Assembly: GCA_022825005.1 (NCBI GenBank)
Contig: JAJDYU010000024.1
Location: 634-64,633, forward strand
DNA: 64,000 nucleotides
Direction: 5' to 3'
From: Acidimicrobiia bacterium
Lineage (GTDB): Bacteria > Actinomycetota > Acidimicrobiia > Acidimicrobiales > Bin134
Both the position numbers and the translations under genes were made by a program. Of this stretch, positions 49,029 through 57,984 are shown piece after piece (within the stretch, counting starts at the first letter, position 1; each line of letters starts with the position of its first letter). The notes under the pieces are model-generated. The model did not search any database. It worked only from the letters and a program-made list of their open reading frames with translations, and was not told the origin of the DNA.

Positions 49029-49649
49029 ATGGAAACTAGGTCGGCTCCGAGCCTGCTTCCCATCCTGCGATCGCGCCAGCAAGGTGAAGTGCTGGCGTTT
49101 CTGTTGTGCGACCCAGAGCGGGAAACCAGCATGAGTGAGCTGGCCCACCGTGTCGGGGTACCGCTCAGCTCGGTGCATCGCGAAGTCGAGCGTGCGGAGG
49201 CGGCTGGCATCATCACCAGCCGCCGATTGGGCAACACAAGGTTCGTGCGGGCAGACACCGACAGCCCCTACTACGACAGCCTGTCTGACCTGTTGGTCAA
49301 AGCGTTCGGGCCACCGCATGTGCTCGCCGAGACGCTGGAAGGCGTCGACGGGATCGACGCTGCGTATGTGTTCGGCTCGTGGGCCGCTCGCTTACACGGT
49401 GTCGCGGGCAAGCGGCCTGTCCATGACATTGACGTGCTGGTGCTGGGCGAACCCGACCGGGCAGAACTCTACGAAGCGCTCAGTGGCGTCGAGGGGCGTC
49501 TGGGGCGTCCAGTCAACGTCGTCATCCGAGACGCTGGGTGGCTGCAAGACGGGTCAGGCGGCTTCCACGCGACCGTCACCGACCGCCCAGTGGTTGCTAT
49601 TGAGATCAAGAAGCCGCGTGGTAAGGACCCAGTCCCACAGAGCTCATGA
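49029..49649 (+). CDS. Winged-HTH + minimal nucleotidyltransferase (MntA-like antitoxin)
   Basis: SELAHRVGVPLSSVHREV HTH; AYVFGSWA...DIDVLVLG; inverted repeat TAGTTTC/GAAACTA (49016-49038) overlaps the start. Confidence 0.85.
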   Translation: METRSAPSLLPILRSRQQGEVLAFLLCDPERETSMSELAHRVGVPLSSVHREVERAEAAGIITSRRLGNTRFVRADTDSPYYDSLSDLLVKAFGPPHVLAETLEGVDGIDAAYVFGSWAARLHGVAGKRPVHDIDVLVLGEPDRAELYEALSGVEGRLGRPVNVVIRDAGWLQDGSGGFHATVTDRPVVAIEIKKPRGKDPVPQSS

Positions 49650-50121
49650 GACCCTTTGCCCCTGACACAGCATCATCCGCAAGGCCGACCGCCCACTGAG
49701 CATCACTGTCTGTCACCTCGGGCGATTCGAAATCCGGGTATTGCGTGGCGTTTCGCATCTGGCGGAACTGCTCGAAGTTCGGCTTTGAGAACGCTGGTAT
49801 CTCATCGCCGAATTGGCTCGAGACCGCTTCCTCGACGGTCCTATGCGAGCCATCGCCACCTGTGGCCCGAAGACATTGCCGAGCCAAGAGTGAGTCCGCT
49901 GCCATTCGATACGCGTCGTACGCCAGCGCGAATGCCGACCCGCTGTCCGAATCGAGAAGGCTACGCGCCGAACGAAGCCGCTTCGACGCGTCGTGAATCA
50001 TCCGATCAGCGGCCTTGTCTCCCCCTTCCTCAGATACCGATTCCAACCGCCCTTTGCCAATCAGGAAATCGATTGCAGAACTACCCTTCCGCACGTGCTG
50101 CTCGCGGCGACGCTCAGGCAT
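49606..50121 (-). CDS. HEPN-domain protein (putative toxin)
   Basis: AFALAYDAYRMAA, GSHRTV, RQMRNATQY (RNxxxY variant); all-helical pattern. Confidence 0.7.
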   Translation of the reverse strand: MPERRREQHVRKGSSAIDFLIGKGRLESVSEEGGDKAADRMIHDASKRLRSARSLLDSDSGSAFALAYDAYRMAADSLLARQCLRATGGDGSHRTVEEAVSSQFGDEIPAFSKPNFEQFRQMRNATQYPDFESPEVTDSDAQWAVGLADDAVSGAKGLMSSVGLGPYHAAS

Positions 50122-50188
50122 GCTCCAGAGAATGCCAACTGATCGCACACGGTTGCTAGCGATATAACAGAACCAGCCGTGGCCCCAT

Positions 50189-50205
50189 TCCCGTACGGGG
50201 TGCCA
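50189..50205 (+). repeat. att-like copy 1 of the tRNA-Glu 3' end
   Basis: 17/17 identity to 48923-48939. Confidence 0.9.
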
Positions 50206-50297
50206 AATCTGCGGATGAGCTTGCGACCGTATGCAATGCGGTTTTGGCGCGCGAGACTGGCGCCGATTCATAGGCGACACAGGAAACGGAGCAACCG

Positions 50298-51080
50298 ATG
50301 GGCCGGATGGACGGAAGAGTCGCAGTGGTAACTGGGGCTAGCGGGGGTATTGGCATGGCTACGCTGCGCCGGCTGGCCGGGGAGGGCGCTGCGGTGGTGG
50401 GGGTCGATTTGGTGGACGAGGCGGGCGAGAAGCTGGTGGCCGAGTTGACCGAGAGCGGCGCCCGGGCGGTGTACCAGCACTGCGATGTGAGCTCGCTGGA
50501 CGAGGTGACCGCCGCGGTGGAGCGGGCGGTGTCGGAGTTCGGCCGCATCGATGTGCTGTTCAACAACGCCGCAACCAGCACCGGGGGCTACATCCCCGAG
50601 CTCGACCCCGAGGGCTGGGATGCCAGCCTGCGGGTGATGCTCACTGCCGCCATGTACGGAATGAAAGCTGCCATTCCCCACATGGCCGCCCAAGGCGGCG
50701 GCTCCATCATCAGCACTTCGTCGATCTACGGCGTGGTGGCCTCGCCGGGCAACGCCCCCTACTGCACGGCCAAGGCGGGACTCATCAACCTGACCCGCAC
50801 CGCGGCGGTGGAATGGGGGCGCAAGAACATCCGGGTCAACGCCATCTGCCCTGGCGTCGTGGAGACGCCGATGTACGACGCGGTGCTGGGCATCGGCCTC
50901 AAGACCCACGAGGAGATCTCCGACATGCACGCATTGGGCCGGATCATCAAGCCCGAAGAGATCGCCGACTTGGTGCTGTTTCTGGCCTCAGATGAGTCCT
51001 CGGCCATCACCGGCCAGGCCATCGTGATCGACGGCGGCCTGCTGTCCGATTGCAATTTGACCGGAGTTCCTCCGGCCTGA
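50298..51080 (+). CDS. SDR-family oxidoreductase
   Basis: TGASGGIG, FNNAA, YCTAK. Confidence 0.93.
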   Translation: MGRMDGRVAVVTGASGGIGMATLRRLAGEGAAVVGVDLVDEAGEKLVAELTESGARAVYQHCDVSSLDEVTAAVERAVSEFGRIDVLFNNAATSTGGYIPELDPEGWDASLRVMLTAAMYGMKAAIPHMAAQGGGSIISTSSIYGVVASPGNAPYCTAKAGLINLTRTAAVEWGRKNIRVNAICPGVVETPMYDAVLGIGLKTHEEISDMHALGRIIKPEEIADLVLFLASDESSAITGQAIVIDGGLLSDCNLTGVPPA

Positions 51081-51131
51081 CGGGTCACGGGTCTGGCGGG
51101 TCTGCGATCTTGTGATTGAAGTCCTAGCTGA

Positions 51132-52388
51132 TCAACCGGCTTCGATTCCCGTACGGGGGGCCATCGCGTGTTTTCGCTGGTGGTGGACGGCGAAGAGTTG
51201 GCAGGTTAGGGCGGCGGTGCCGTAGGCGAGGTAGCCGACGGCGGCGGGGGTGACCGAGCCGCTGATGGCCTGGTCGATGATGGCAGCGAGGCCGGCGCCG
51301 AGCATGGCCATGGTGAAGCCGAGCACGGCGGCGGCGGTACCGGCCATCTCACCCATAGGCTCGAGCGCCAGGCTCTGGCCCAGGGGGAAGAACGCCACCA
51401 TGCAGGCGTTGGCCAGGCTGAAGATGGTGATCCAAAGAACAAAGTGCGGCCGGCCTCCGGCGGCCAGGGCCAGACCCAGCATGGTTGCCGCGGCACAGAT
51501 CTGTAGACAGCCCGCCCCGAGCGCCACCGAGCGGGCCCGGAATCGGTGCAACGCCCGGTTATTGAGCAGCGTCACCATGCCCATGCCCGCAGCCATGATC
51601 GAGAAGTAAGGGACGAACCAGCGCTCCTGATCGAAGACGTCGTCAAAGATCAGCTCGGAGCTCGCCAAGAACGAGAAAAAGGCGCCGGCGCAGAACATGG
51701 TGGCCAGCGTGTAGCCCAGCGTCACCGGGTGGGTGGTGACCGACCGGAAGCCGGCCATCGTCGAGCGAAAGGTCAGCGGTCGCCGGTGCTCGGGCTTCAG
51801 TGTCTCCTCCAACCGCAGCGACCACGCCACGATCACCACGGCGGTGAACACGCTGAAGGCCATCACATACCGCCACGAGCCCAGCTCCACCAGGCCCTTG
51901 CCCAGCGGCGGCCCGGCCACCGGGGCCCAGAAGAACACCGCCATAACCAGGGTCATCACCCGGGCCATGGCGTCTCCGGAGTAGTAGTCGCGCACGATGG
52001 CCTGGGCGGCGGTGCGGGGGCCGGCCGCCGCGAAACCCCAGATGAAGCGGCTCACATAGAGCATGCCCAGCGACACCGACAGGGTGGCCATGAGCGATGC
52101 CAGGCCGTACAGCACCATGCTGCCGATGAGGATCCTCTTGCGACCGAGAGCGTCGGCCATCGGGCCGTAAACCAGGTTGCCGATACCCGAGCCCACGAAG
52201 AACAGCGTGATGGTGAGCGACAGGCCGGTGGAGTCCTCCGGCAGGTTGAACGCATCCCGCATCTCCGAGAACGCCGGGAGCAGGGTGTCGATGGCCAGTG
52301 CCGACACGGCGCTGATCATGGCGATGAAGAGGATGAACTCCCGTTCGCCCAATTTGCGACCGGTGTAGGTGGATGCGGGCTTGCTCAC
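51132..52388 (-). CDS. Bcr/CflA-family MFS efflux transporter
   Basis: ALAIDTLLPAF, GPMADALGRK, IVRDYYSGDAMARVM, LEETL. Confidence 0.92.
   Translation of the reverse strand: MSKPASTYTGRKLGEREFILFIAMISAVSALAIDTLLPAFSEMRDAFNLPEDSTGLSLTITLFFVGSGIGNLVYGPMADALGRKRILIGSMVLYGLASLMATLSVSLGMLYVSRFIWGFAAAGPRTAAQAIVRDYYSGDAMARVMTLVMAVFFWAPVAGPPLGKGLVELGSWRYVMAFSVFTAVVIVAWSLRLEETLKPEHRRPLTFRSTMAGFRSVTTHPVTLGYTLATMFCAGAFFSFLASSELIFDDVFDQERWFVPYFSIMAAGMGMVTLLNNRALHRFRARSVALGAGCLQICAAATMLGLALAAGGRPHFVLWITIFSLANACMVAFFPLGQSLALEPMGEMAGTAAAVLGFTMAMLGAGLAAIIDQAISGSVTPAAVGYLAYGTAALTCQLFAVHHQRKHAMAPRTGIEAG
51141..51163 (+). repeat. att-like copy 2 of the tRNA-Glu 3' end
   Basis: TTCGATTCCCGTACGGGGGGCCA vs tRNA TTCGAATCCCGTACGGGGTGCCA (21/23). 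Confidence 0.85.
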
Positions 52389-52427
52389 ACCGGCCGACTT
52401 CTCATAACGGCGTAGCCTGTTCCCCCT

Positions 52428-53195
52428 ATGACGGAGATGTCAAAGACGTTAGAGGGCAAGGTGGCGCTGGTCACCGGCGCGGCCCGGGGGCTGGGCGCCG
52501 AGATCGTGCGGCGCATGGTGGCCGCCGGGGCCCGGGTGACGGCGGCGGACAAGCGGGTGGACGACGGGGCCGTGGCTGCTGCTGAGGCCGGGGCAGGCTT
52601 CACAGAGTTGGACGTGACCGATGCCGAGCAATGGGCCGCTGCGGTGGATGCGGCCGCCGCCGATGGCCGCCTGGACATCTTGGTCAACAATGCGGCGATC
52701 ACCCGGGTGGTCCCCATTTTGGACTGCGATCCTGCGGAATTCCGCAAGGTGATCGATACCAACCTGGTGGGCACCTTCTTGGGCATCCGAGCCGCGGCGC
52801 CAATCATGGCGTCGGGCGGGGGAGGGTCGATCGTGAACCTGAGCTCGCCCAGCGCCTTCGAGGGCACGGTGGGGATGCCGGCCTACTCCACCTCCAAGTG
52901 GGGCATTCGGGGGCTCACCCGCACGGCGGCCTTGGAGCTGGCCGACTCCGGCATCCGGGTGAACGCGGTGGTGCCCGGTGCGCTGCGCACCGCTATGACC
53001 CGTCGACCGGGATGGGAAGACGAAGACTACGAGCGCCATTACGGCGCCACCGTGCCGCTGCGGCGCATGGCCGAACTCGGAGAGGTGGCCGACCTGGTGG
53101 TGTGGCTGGCCTCCGACCAGGCCTCTTACTGCACCGGAGGCGACTACGCCGCCGACGGCGGCCTGGGAGCGGGCTCGCCCCCCGAGAGGGGCTAG
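52428..53195 (+). CDS. SDR-family oxidoreductase (hydroxysteroid dehydrogenase-like)
   Basis: TGAARGLG, NNAA, YSTSKWGIRGLT. Confidence 0.92.
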   Translation: MTEMSKTLEGKVALVTGAARGLGAEIVRRMVAAGARVTAADKRVDDGAVAAAEAGAGFTELDVTDAEQWAAAVDAAAADGRLDILVNNAAITRVVPILDCDPAEFRKVIDTNLVGTFLGIRAAAPIMASGGGGSIVNLSSPSAFEGTVGMPAYSTSKWGIRGLTRTAALELADSGIRVNAVVPGALRTAMTRRPGWEDEDYERHYGATVPLRRMAELGEVADLVVWLASDQASYCTGGDYAADGGLGAGSPPERG

Positions 53196-53908
53196 TTCGA
53201 GTAGTCGGGGTTGAACCGGACCTGGCCCTCTACTCGGTGGAGCCAGGGGTAGAGCTCGGTGGGGCGGCGGGCGATGATCGCCAGCTGGTTGGACTGGCGC
53301 TTGAACACGGTGCACAGCGCAGCCAGGGCGGGTTTGGCGAGCATCCCGGCCAGCCGCCGGCGGCGGCCGGTGGCCTCGGCGGTGGGAAGGCGCAGGCCAT
53401 GGCGGAACTCGATCCGGGGCTCGCCGGTGGGGTCGTATGACCGCAGGGTCTTCTCCACTTCAGCCTCGGTCCAGCGATACACGTGGTTGGGCACGCTGGT
53501 GTTGTCCAGTCCGCCGGTGCGGAATCCCTGGTCGGTAACGGCGGCCAGCTCGTAGGCATCCGCCATGCCCACCCGAACCGCCAGCCGCATCAGCGCGCTG
53601 TCGCGGGCTTCAATGGCCACGATCCCCTCCCGGCACACCCGGTACATCTCCCCCAGCGCCCGGTGGGGGGAGCGGCAGTGGTGCAGCCCCTCAGAGACGA
53701 ACACCCAGTCGAACGAGCGATCCTCAAAGGTCAGCGACTGGGCGTCCTGGAACGACCACGCCCCGTCGGGCACCAGCGGGGCGAACGCCTCGTCGAGATT
53801 GGACACCACCACATCGGTGAAACCCAGGGACGACAGCAACTCCCAGTCCTCAATGCCGGCGCACACCGCCAGCAGCCGAGCGTCGGCGTCAAGGCCCAGG
53901 CTGTTCAT
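53192..53908 (-). CDS. Class I SAM-dependent methyltransferase (true start may be CTG 53935)
   Basis: QDAQSLTFEDRSFD, GLHHCRSPHRALGEMYRV. Confidence 0.85.
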   Translation of the reverse strand: MNSLGLDADARLLAVCAGIEDWELLSSLGFTDVVVSNLDEAFAPLVPDGAWSFQDAQSLTFEDRSFDWVFVSEGLHHCRSPHRALGEMYRVCREGIVAIEARDSALMRLAVRVGMADAYELAAVTDQGFRTGGLDNTSVPNHVYRWTEAEVEKTLRSYDPTGEPRIEFRHGLRLPTAEATGRRRRLAGMLAKPALAALCTVFKRQSNQLAIIARRPTELYPWLHRVEGQVRFNPDYSN

Positions 53909-53995
53909 GGTGGCGGCGGCGAATTTGCGGTCCAGGATCCCTCTCCTGTTTCAGGCGTGGTTAGCCATCGTACGGCGACCGCTAGTTTTCTGAGG

Positions 53996-54811
53996 GTGAA
54001 GTTCGGGTTTCCCTTTATCTCGCTGCACCCGGGGGCATGGGTAGAGGTGGCCCAGGCCGCCGACGAGGCCGGGTTCGAGTCGTGCTGGATCGCCGACCAT
54101 CTGGTGTTCCCGGTGGAGATGGAGGGCTCGCTGGGCGACGTCGAACATCCCAACGTGCCGGCCACGGTGCCGGTGTACGACGCCCCGTCCTTTCTCTCTT
54201 ACCTGGCCGGCCAGACCACCCGCATCAACCTGGGCGTGTACGTGTACCTGGCCGGGCTGCGCCACCCCTTCTCCACCGCCCGGGGTTTCGCCACCTTGGA
54301 CCACGTCAGCAACGGGCGGGCGCTGTTCGGCGTGGGAGCGGGATGGCTGCGCAACGAGTGGACCGCCGCGGGGATGGACCCCCGCACCCGGGGCCGCCGC
54401 CTCGACGAGGCGCTCGATGTGTGCGTGCGGCTCTGGACCGAGCCCGAGGTGGAGCACCACGGCGAGTTCTACGACTTCGAGCCGGTGGCGTTCGAGCCCA
54501 AGCCGGTGCAGAAGCCCCATCCCCCGATTCTGGTGGGCGGATTGTCCGACGCCGCCCTGCGCCGGGCCGCCCGCTACCAGGGGTGGATGGGCATGGGCGA
54601 CTCTTTCGAGTCGGTGCGGGCCGCCGCCGATCGGCTGGCCGAACTGGGTGCGCCCGACATAGAGATCACCGCCCAGGGCCGCTGCGAAACGCTCGACGAC
54701 CTGCGCCGTTGGGAGGATGCCGGGGCCCACCGACTGGTGGTCACACCATGGGAGAGCACCAGCAAAGCGGTTGACTCGCTCAGGCAGTTCGCGGAGCGGT
54801 TCATCTCCTGA
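53996..54811 (+). CDS. LLM-class F420-dependent oxidoreductase
   Basis: GFESCWIADHL, ATLDHVSNGR, GVGAGW, PKPVQKPHPPILVGG; GTG 53996. Confidence 0.92.
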   Translation: MKFGFPFISLHPGAWVEVAQAADEAGFESCWIADHLVFPVEMEGSLGDVEHPNVPATVPVYDAPSFLSYLAGQTTRINLGVYVYLAGLRHPFSTARGFATLDHVSNGRALFGVGAGWLRNEWTAAGMDPRTRGRRLDEALDVCVRLWTEPEVEHHGEFYDFEPVAFEPKPVQKPHPPILVGGLSDAALRRAARYQGWMGMGDSFESVRAAADRLAELGAPDIEITAQGRCETLDDLRRWEDAGAHRLVVTPWESTSKAVDSLRQFAERFIS

Positions 54812-54907
54812 GCGGGCGAATTGCAACTGGTTGGAAATGTGCCAAAAAGCCCAGGGGAGGGCGTAGAATGGCATTTCTGCGCAAACAACGTCTGACTAGG
54901 GATTGCC

Positions 54908-55180
54908 ATGGGTCGAGGATCAGAGAGCTTTCAAAAGCGACAGCGGGAAAAGAACAAGCGCGAGAGGGCTGCGGCCAAACAGGCCCGCCGCCACGGCAAG
55001 CTTGAAGTCCCGTTTGACGAGGAGGTTGAGGCGCCCTCTTCAAACGGAAAGTCAGAAGCCGAGCTGTATGAGGACTTCCGCCTGCTGAGCGAGAAGTACC
55101 AGTCCGGGGGAATGGACGAGGAGACCTACGAGCAGCGCCGGGCCGAGATCTTCGAGCAACTCGGCCTCGAGGTCCACTGA
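54908..55180 (+). CDS. Small hypothetical protein: basic N-terminal helix plus SHOCT-like C-terminus
   Basis: SFQKRQREKNKRERAAAKQARR; YQSGGMDEETYEQRRAEI; host-like codon usage. Confidence 0.7.
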   Translation: MGRGSESFQKRQREKNKRERAAAKQARRHGKLEVPFDEEVEAPSSNGKSEAELYEDFRLLSEKYQSGGMDEETYEQRRAEIFEQLGLEVH

Positions 55181-55229
55181 CCCAATTCGGTTACCCCGCC
55201 CAACCGGCGGTAGCTGAAACCGAGGAAGC

Positions 55230-56276
55230 TCAACCAGCGGCGATCAGCCGACTCGTGGGCATGCCCAGCATGCACGACAGCCCCGCCGACTGGAGCCCGC
55301 CCGCACCGCCGGCCACCAGGATCTCGAAGTAGTCGGGAGAGGGCACGATCGGCACCCGGTCGTTCTCAATGGCAACGCCGAGATTCTCCAGCACGTCTCT
55401 GGTGGGCTGGCGCCGATAGGGAGGGTAGAAGTCGAGCGGCACCCGGGCCTCGGCAAACAGATGCTCCCGCAATTCCTGTTTGGTGGGCAGAAGGCTGGCC
55501 ACCATCTCGGCGATGACCGGGCTCATCACCAGCACGGTCGGGAACGGGTTGGGGGCGTCGTGGCCCCCGCACGGCCCGCTGATGGCCAGGCCGTTGGTCA
55601 CGTGGTGCAGCACCTGGTCGGGCTCGTGGTGCATGTCGGTGATGGGCCACATCCCGTTCACCGCCAGCACCGTCACCACATCGTCGTCGGCGTCGAACCC
55701 CATGTCGACGTGGTGGGGCGGCCACGGAGAAGCCTCTTCATTCTCGGCCACGCACAGCGAGGTGGCTTTGCCGGGCCAGCCCAGCGGGGCCTTGTCCACC
55801 TCGCCGGGAATGGCCCCGCCGATGTTCACCAGGGCCAGCCGCAGCGCCCGACCCACCGTTGCGTTGGTGTGAGCCCCCGGCCCGAAGCAACCCGCGCCGA
55901 AGTTGAAGCTCAACCGATGTCGGATCGGGCCGTTCACCACCAGCATCGGGCCCACCGGGTTGGTGGTTGTCTGCACCCCGTGGGCGTTCATCTGCGGGTC
56001 GCAGAAGGCGTCGATAGCGGCGATGAGCACGGGCATCGCGTCGGGGACGCAGCCGGCCATCACCGCGTTGACCGCGATCTTCTCCACCGTGGCCGGCGCG
56101 TTCAGCGGGGGCACGTCGCTCACCACGTGATCGGCCGCCAGCCCGGAAGCGGCCACCGCCGCGGCCACCCGCTCGGGGGTGGGGGGAACCACCGGCAAAC
56201 CGTCGGTCATGCCCCGTTCTCGCAGGTAGGCCTCTACCTCGTCGACTCCGCCGTCGACGTCAACCTGCTGAGTCAT
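55230..56276 (-). CDS. UGSC-associated conserved protein (TDGLPVVPPT family)
   Basis: GMTDGLPVVPPT, ATVEKIAVNAVMAGC, NATVGRALRL, AENEEASPW, VAGGAG. Confidence 0.85.
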   Translation of the reverse strand: MTQQVDVDGGVDEVEAYLRERGMTDGLPVVPPTPERVAAAVAASGLAADHVVSDVPPLNAPATVEKIAVNAVMAGCVPDAMPVLIAAIDAFCDPQMNAHGVQTTTNPVGPMLVVNGPIRHRLSFNFGAGCFGPGAHTNATVGRALRLALVNIGGAIPGEVDKAPLGWPGKATSLCVAENEEASPWPPHHVDMGFDADDDVVTVLAVNGMWPITDMHHEPDQVLHHVTNGLAISGPCGGHDAPNPFPTVLVMSPVIAEMVASLLPTKQELREHLFAEARVPLDFYPPYRRQPTRDVLENLGVAIENDRVPIVPSPDYFEILVAGGAGGLQSAGLSCMLGMPTSRLIAAG

Positions 56277-56316
56277 CTCGCCTTTGTCTGGCTGACTGAC
56301 GTGGCATTCCGCCGGG

Positions 56317-56856
56317 TCATGCCACCAGGGCGTCCACGATGTCGTCGAGACGAGATGCGATGTCGGCCCTGATGTCTTCCTCCGCCCACTCGTCGTAGCC
56401 CGACGGCAACACGATCAGCGGCTGGTTGTCCACCCGCAGGCCCCGGGCAGTGGCCTCGGCCAGGCCCCGGAACTGCTCGGTCACCAGGCCCACCGCCGGA
56501 GTTCCCATGGCTTCCAGCGTGCTGCTGGCGTGGATACACCACGCCGTACACGAGCCTCAATTGCCCAAGCCGCTGATCACCGCGTCGACCTCCTTGTGGA
56601 AGGCCTCCATCTCCTGTTGATACTGCTCGGGATCGGCGCCGTGCATGGGGCCGCTGGCCCGAACCACCACCCCGGCCGCCCCGGCCCGATCTACCAACTG
56701 GCGGGACAGCTCGTCGGCCATGATGGCCATAGACCGCCACATGTCGTTGTCGATGATGCCCACCGTCGCGCCGGCCAGCGAGTCTTTGCGGATGGCCAGC
56801 GGCTGTGCGGGCTCGTTCACCTCGCCGGTGGGCAACAAGATGGTGGTGGTTTCCAT
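56317..56856 (-). CDS. UGSC-family selenoprotein (UGA at codon 100; 179 aa)
   Basis: DAVISGLGN-TGA(56557-56559)-GSCTAWC continues in frame to 56317. Confidence 0.9.
56527..56545 (-). promoter_or_regulatory. Bacterial SECIS-like hairpin
   Basis: GGCGUGG-[UGUAU]-CCACGCC, 7-bp perfect stem after an 11-nt spacer from the UGA. Confidence 0.7.
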
Positions 56857-56946
56857 GAGTTCCTCCCGGTGATCCACCGGCCGACTCGCCGGGCAACCCG
56901 AGCGAGACCTTCCGGTCCACCCTACCCCGTGCCGTATTGTGTCGCG

Positions 56947-57939
56947 ATGCGCACGACGACGCTGCCCCGGCCGCCGGTCATCATGGAACAGTCCCTGGAA
57001 GACCCCGATGTGCTGCTGGGAATCTTGCAGCGGCAGTCGCCCCACCCGCTGACGCTGGCCGGCGCGGAATTCGTCGAGAGCCGGGCTGCGCTGCGGGCCG
57101 GAGCCCGCACCGGCGACGTACCCCCGTTCGTCGATGTAGTTGACGGCGAGCCCCGGGTTCCGCCGGTGTTCCGCACCACTTGGGGCGCCGAACACCAGGC
57201 CGTGGAGGGGGCGGACACCATCGTGAACAACCCCCGGTTCATCGAAGCCGCCCAAGAGCTCTACAGCGCCGAGGTGGTGCGGCCCTATTTCACCTATGTG
57301 AACATCAACGCCCCCAGCGGCCAGTACGCCCGCCACACCGACATTCCCGCCTTTCGGGGGGTGAGCCGAGACGACTACCCCACCTGGCTGCTCAATTGCA
57401 TGATGCACTCGGGGTGCTTCGACCGCTGGCGGGTGCAGATCGCCACCGCGGTGTGCTGGTACTACGAGGGCGTCGGCGGGGAGTTCACCTACTGGCCCGA
57501 AGGATGGGATGGCGACATGGTGACCGTGAAACCGCCCTACAACTACGGGGTGATGGGCGACAACGATTACATGCCCCATCGGGTGGAGTCGATCGGCGCC
57601 GAAGCCGACTACGTGAAGTACGGATTCGACGCCACCATCACGCTCACCCCCGATCGCCAGTGGATCATCGAAGAGCCCGGCCACGAGCCGGTGCACCGTG
57701 ACTTCGACGAGGTGCGGGTGTCGCTGTCTTGGAAGGCCTTTGTGTTCGACGACGCCCACGAGGCCGAGGTGTACGACAAGCACCTGGACGACCTTGACGA
57801 GCCAACCCTTGTAGCGACGATGGCCGAGGACTGCGCCCGGCGGGGCGTAGTAGTGCCCGACGGGCCCGACGCTCTGTCTCAGCCTGAATTCGGAGAGCGG
57901 ATAAGGAACACCTACCTGTCGTCTGAACTACGCTTCTAA
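56947..57939 (+). CDS. Conserved hypothetical protein, possible Fe(II)/2-oxoglutarate oxygenase fold
   Basis: HTD (RHTDIPAFRG), GGEFTYW, distal His (YMPHRVE), RVSLSWK. Confidence 0.65.
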   Translation: MRTTTLPRPPVIMEQSLEDPDVLLGILQRQSPHPLTLAGAEFVESRAALRAGARTGDVPPFVDVVDGEPRVPPVFRTTWGAEHQAVEGADTIVNNPRFIEAAQELYSAEVVRPYFTYVNINAPSGQYARHTDIPAFRGVSRDDYPTWLLNCMMHSGCFDRWRVQIATAVCWYYEGVGGEFTYWPEGWDGDMVTVKPPYNYGVMGDNDYMPHRVESIGAEADYVKYGFDATITLTPDRQWIIEEPGHEPVHRDFDEVRVSLSWKAFVFDDAHEAEVYDKHLDDLDEPTLVATMAEDCARRGVVVPDGPDALSQPEFGERIRNTYLSSELRF

Positions 57940-57984
57940 CCGTTTGTTACGGGAGGTTTCTTGGTGATCGCAAGTTCTCGGGAC

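Larger units (their letters stand above)
48940..50205. mobile_element. Integrase-less genomic islet at tRNA-Glu carrying an MNT/HEPN pair
   Basis: Bounded by the 17-bp direct repeat TCCCGTACGGGGTGCCA (48923-48939 and 50189-50205). Confidence 0.75.

Noticed and set aside
53951-53968. In-frame TGA upstream of the 53192-53908 methyltransferase as another Sec codon
   Set aside because: Only five codons precede it, there is no Cys-type motif or hairpin, and an RBS lies downstream of it
33214-56856. Genome-wide UGA reassignment (code 4 or 25) to explain the three in-frame TGAs
   Set aside because: Many genes end properly at TGA (tldD, moaA ending GG*, moaC, mocE), so UGA is a normal stop
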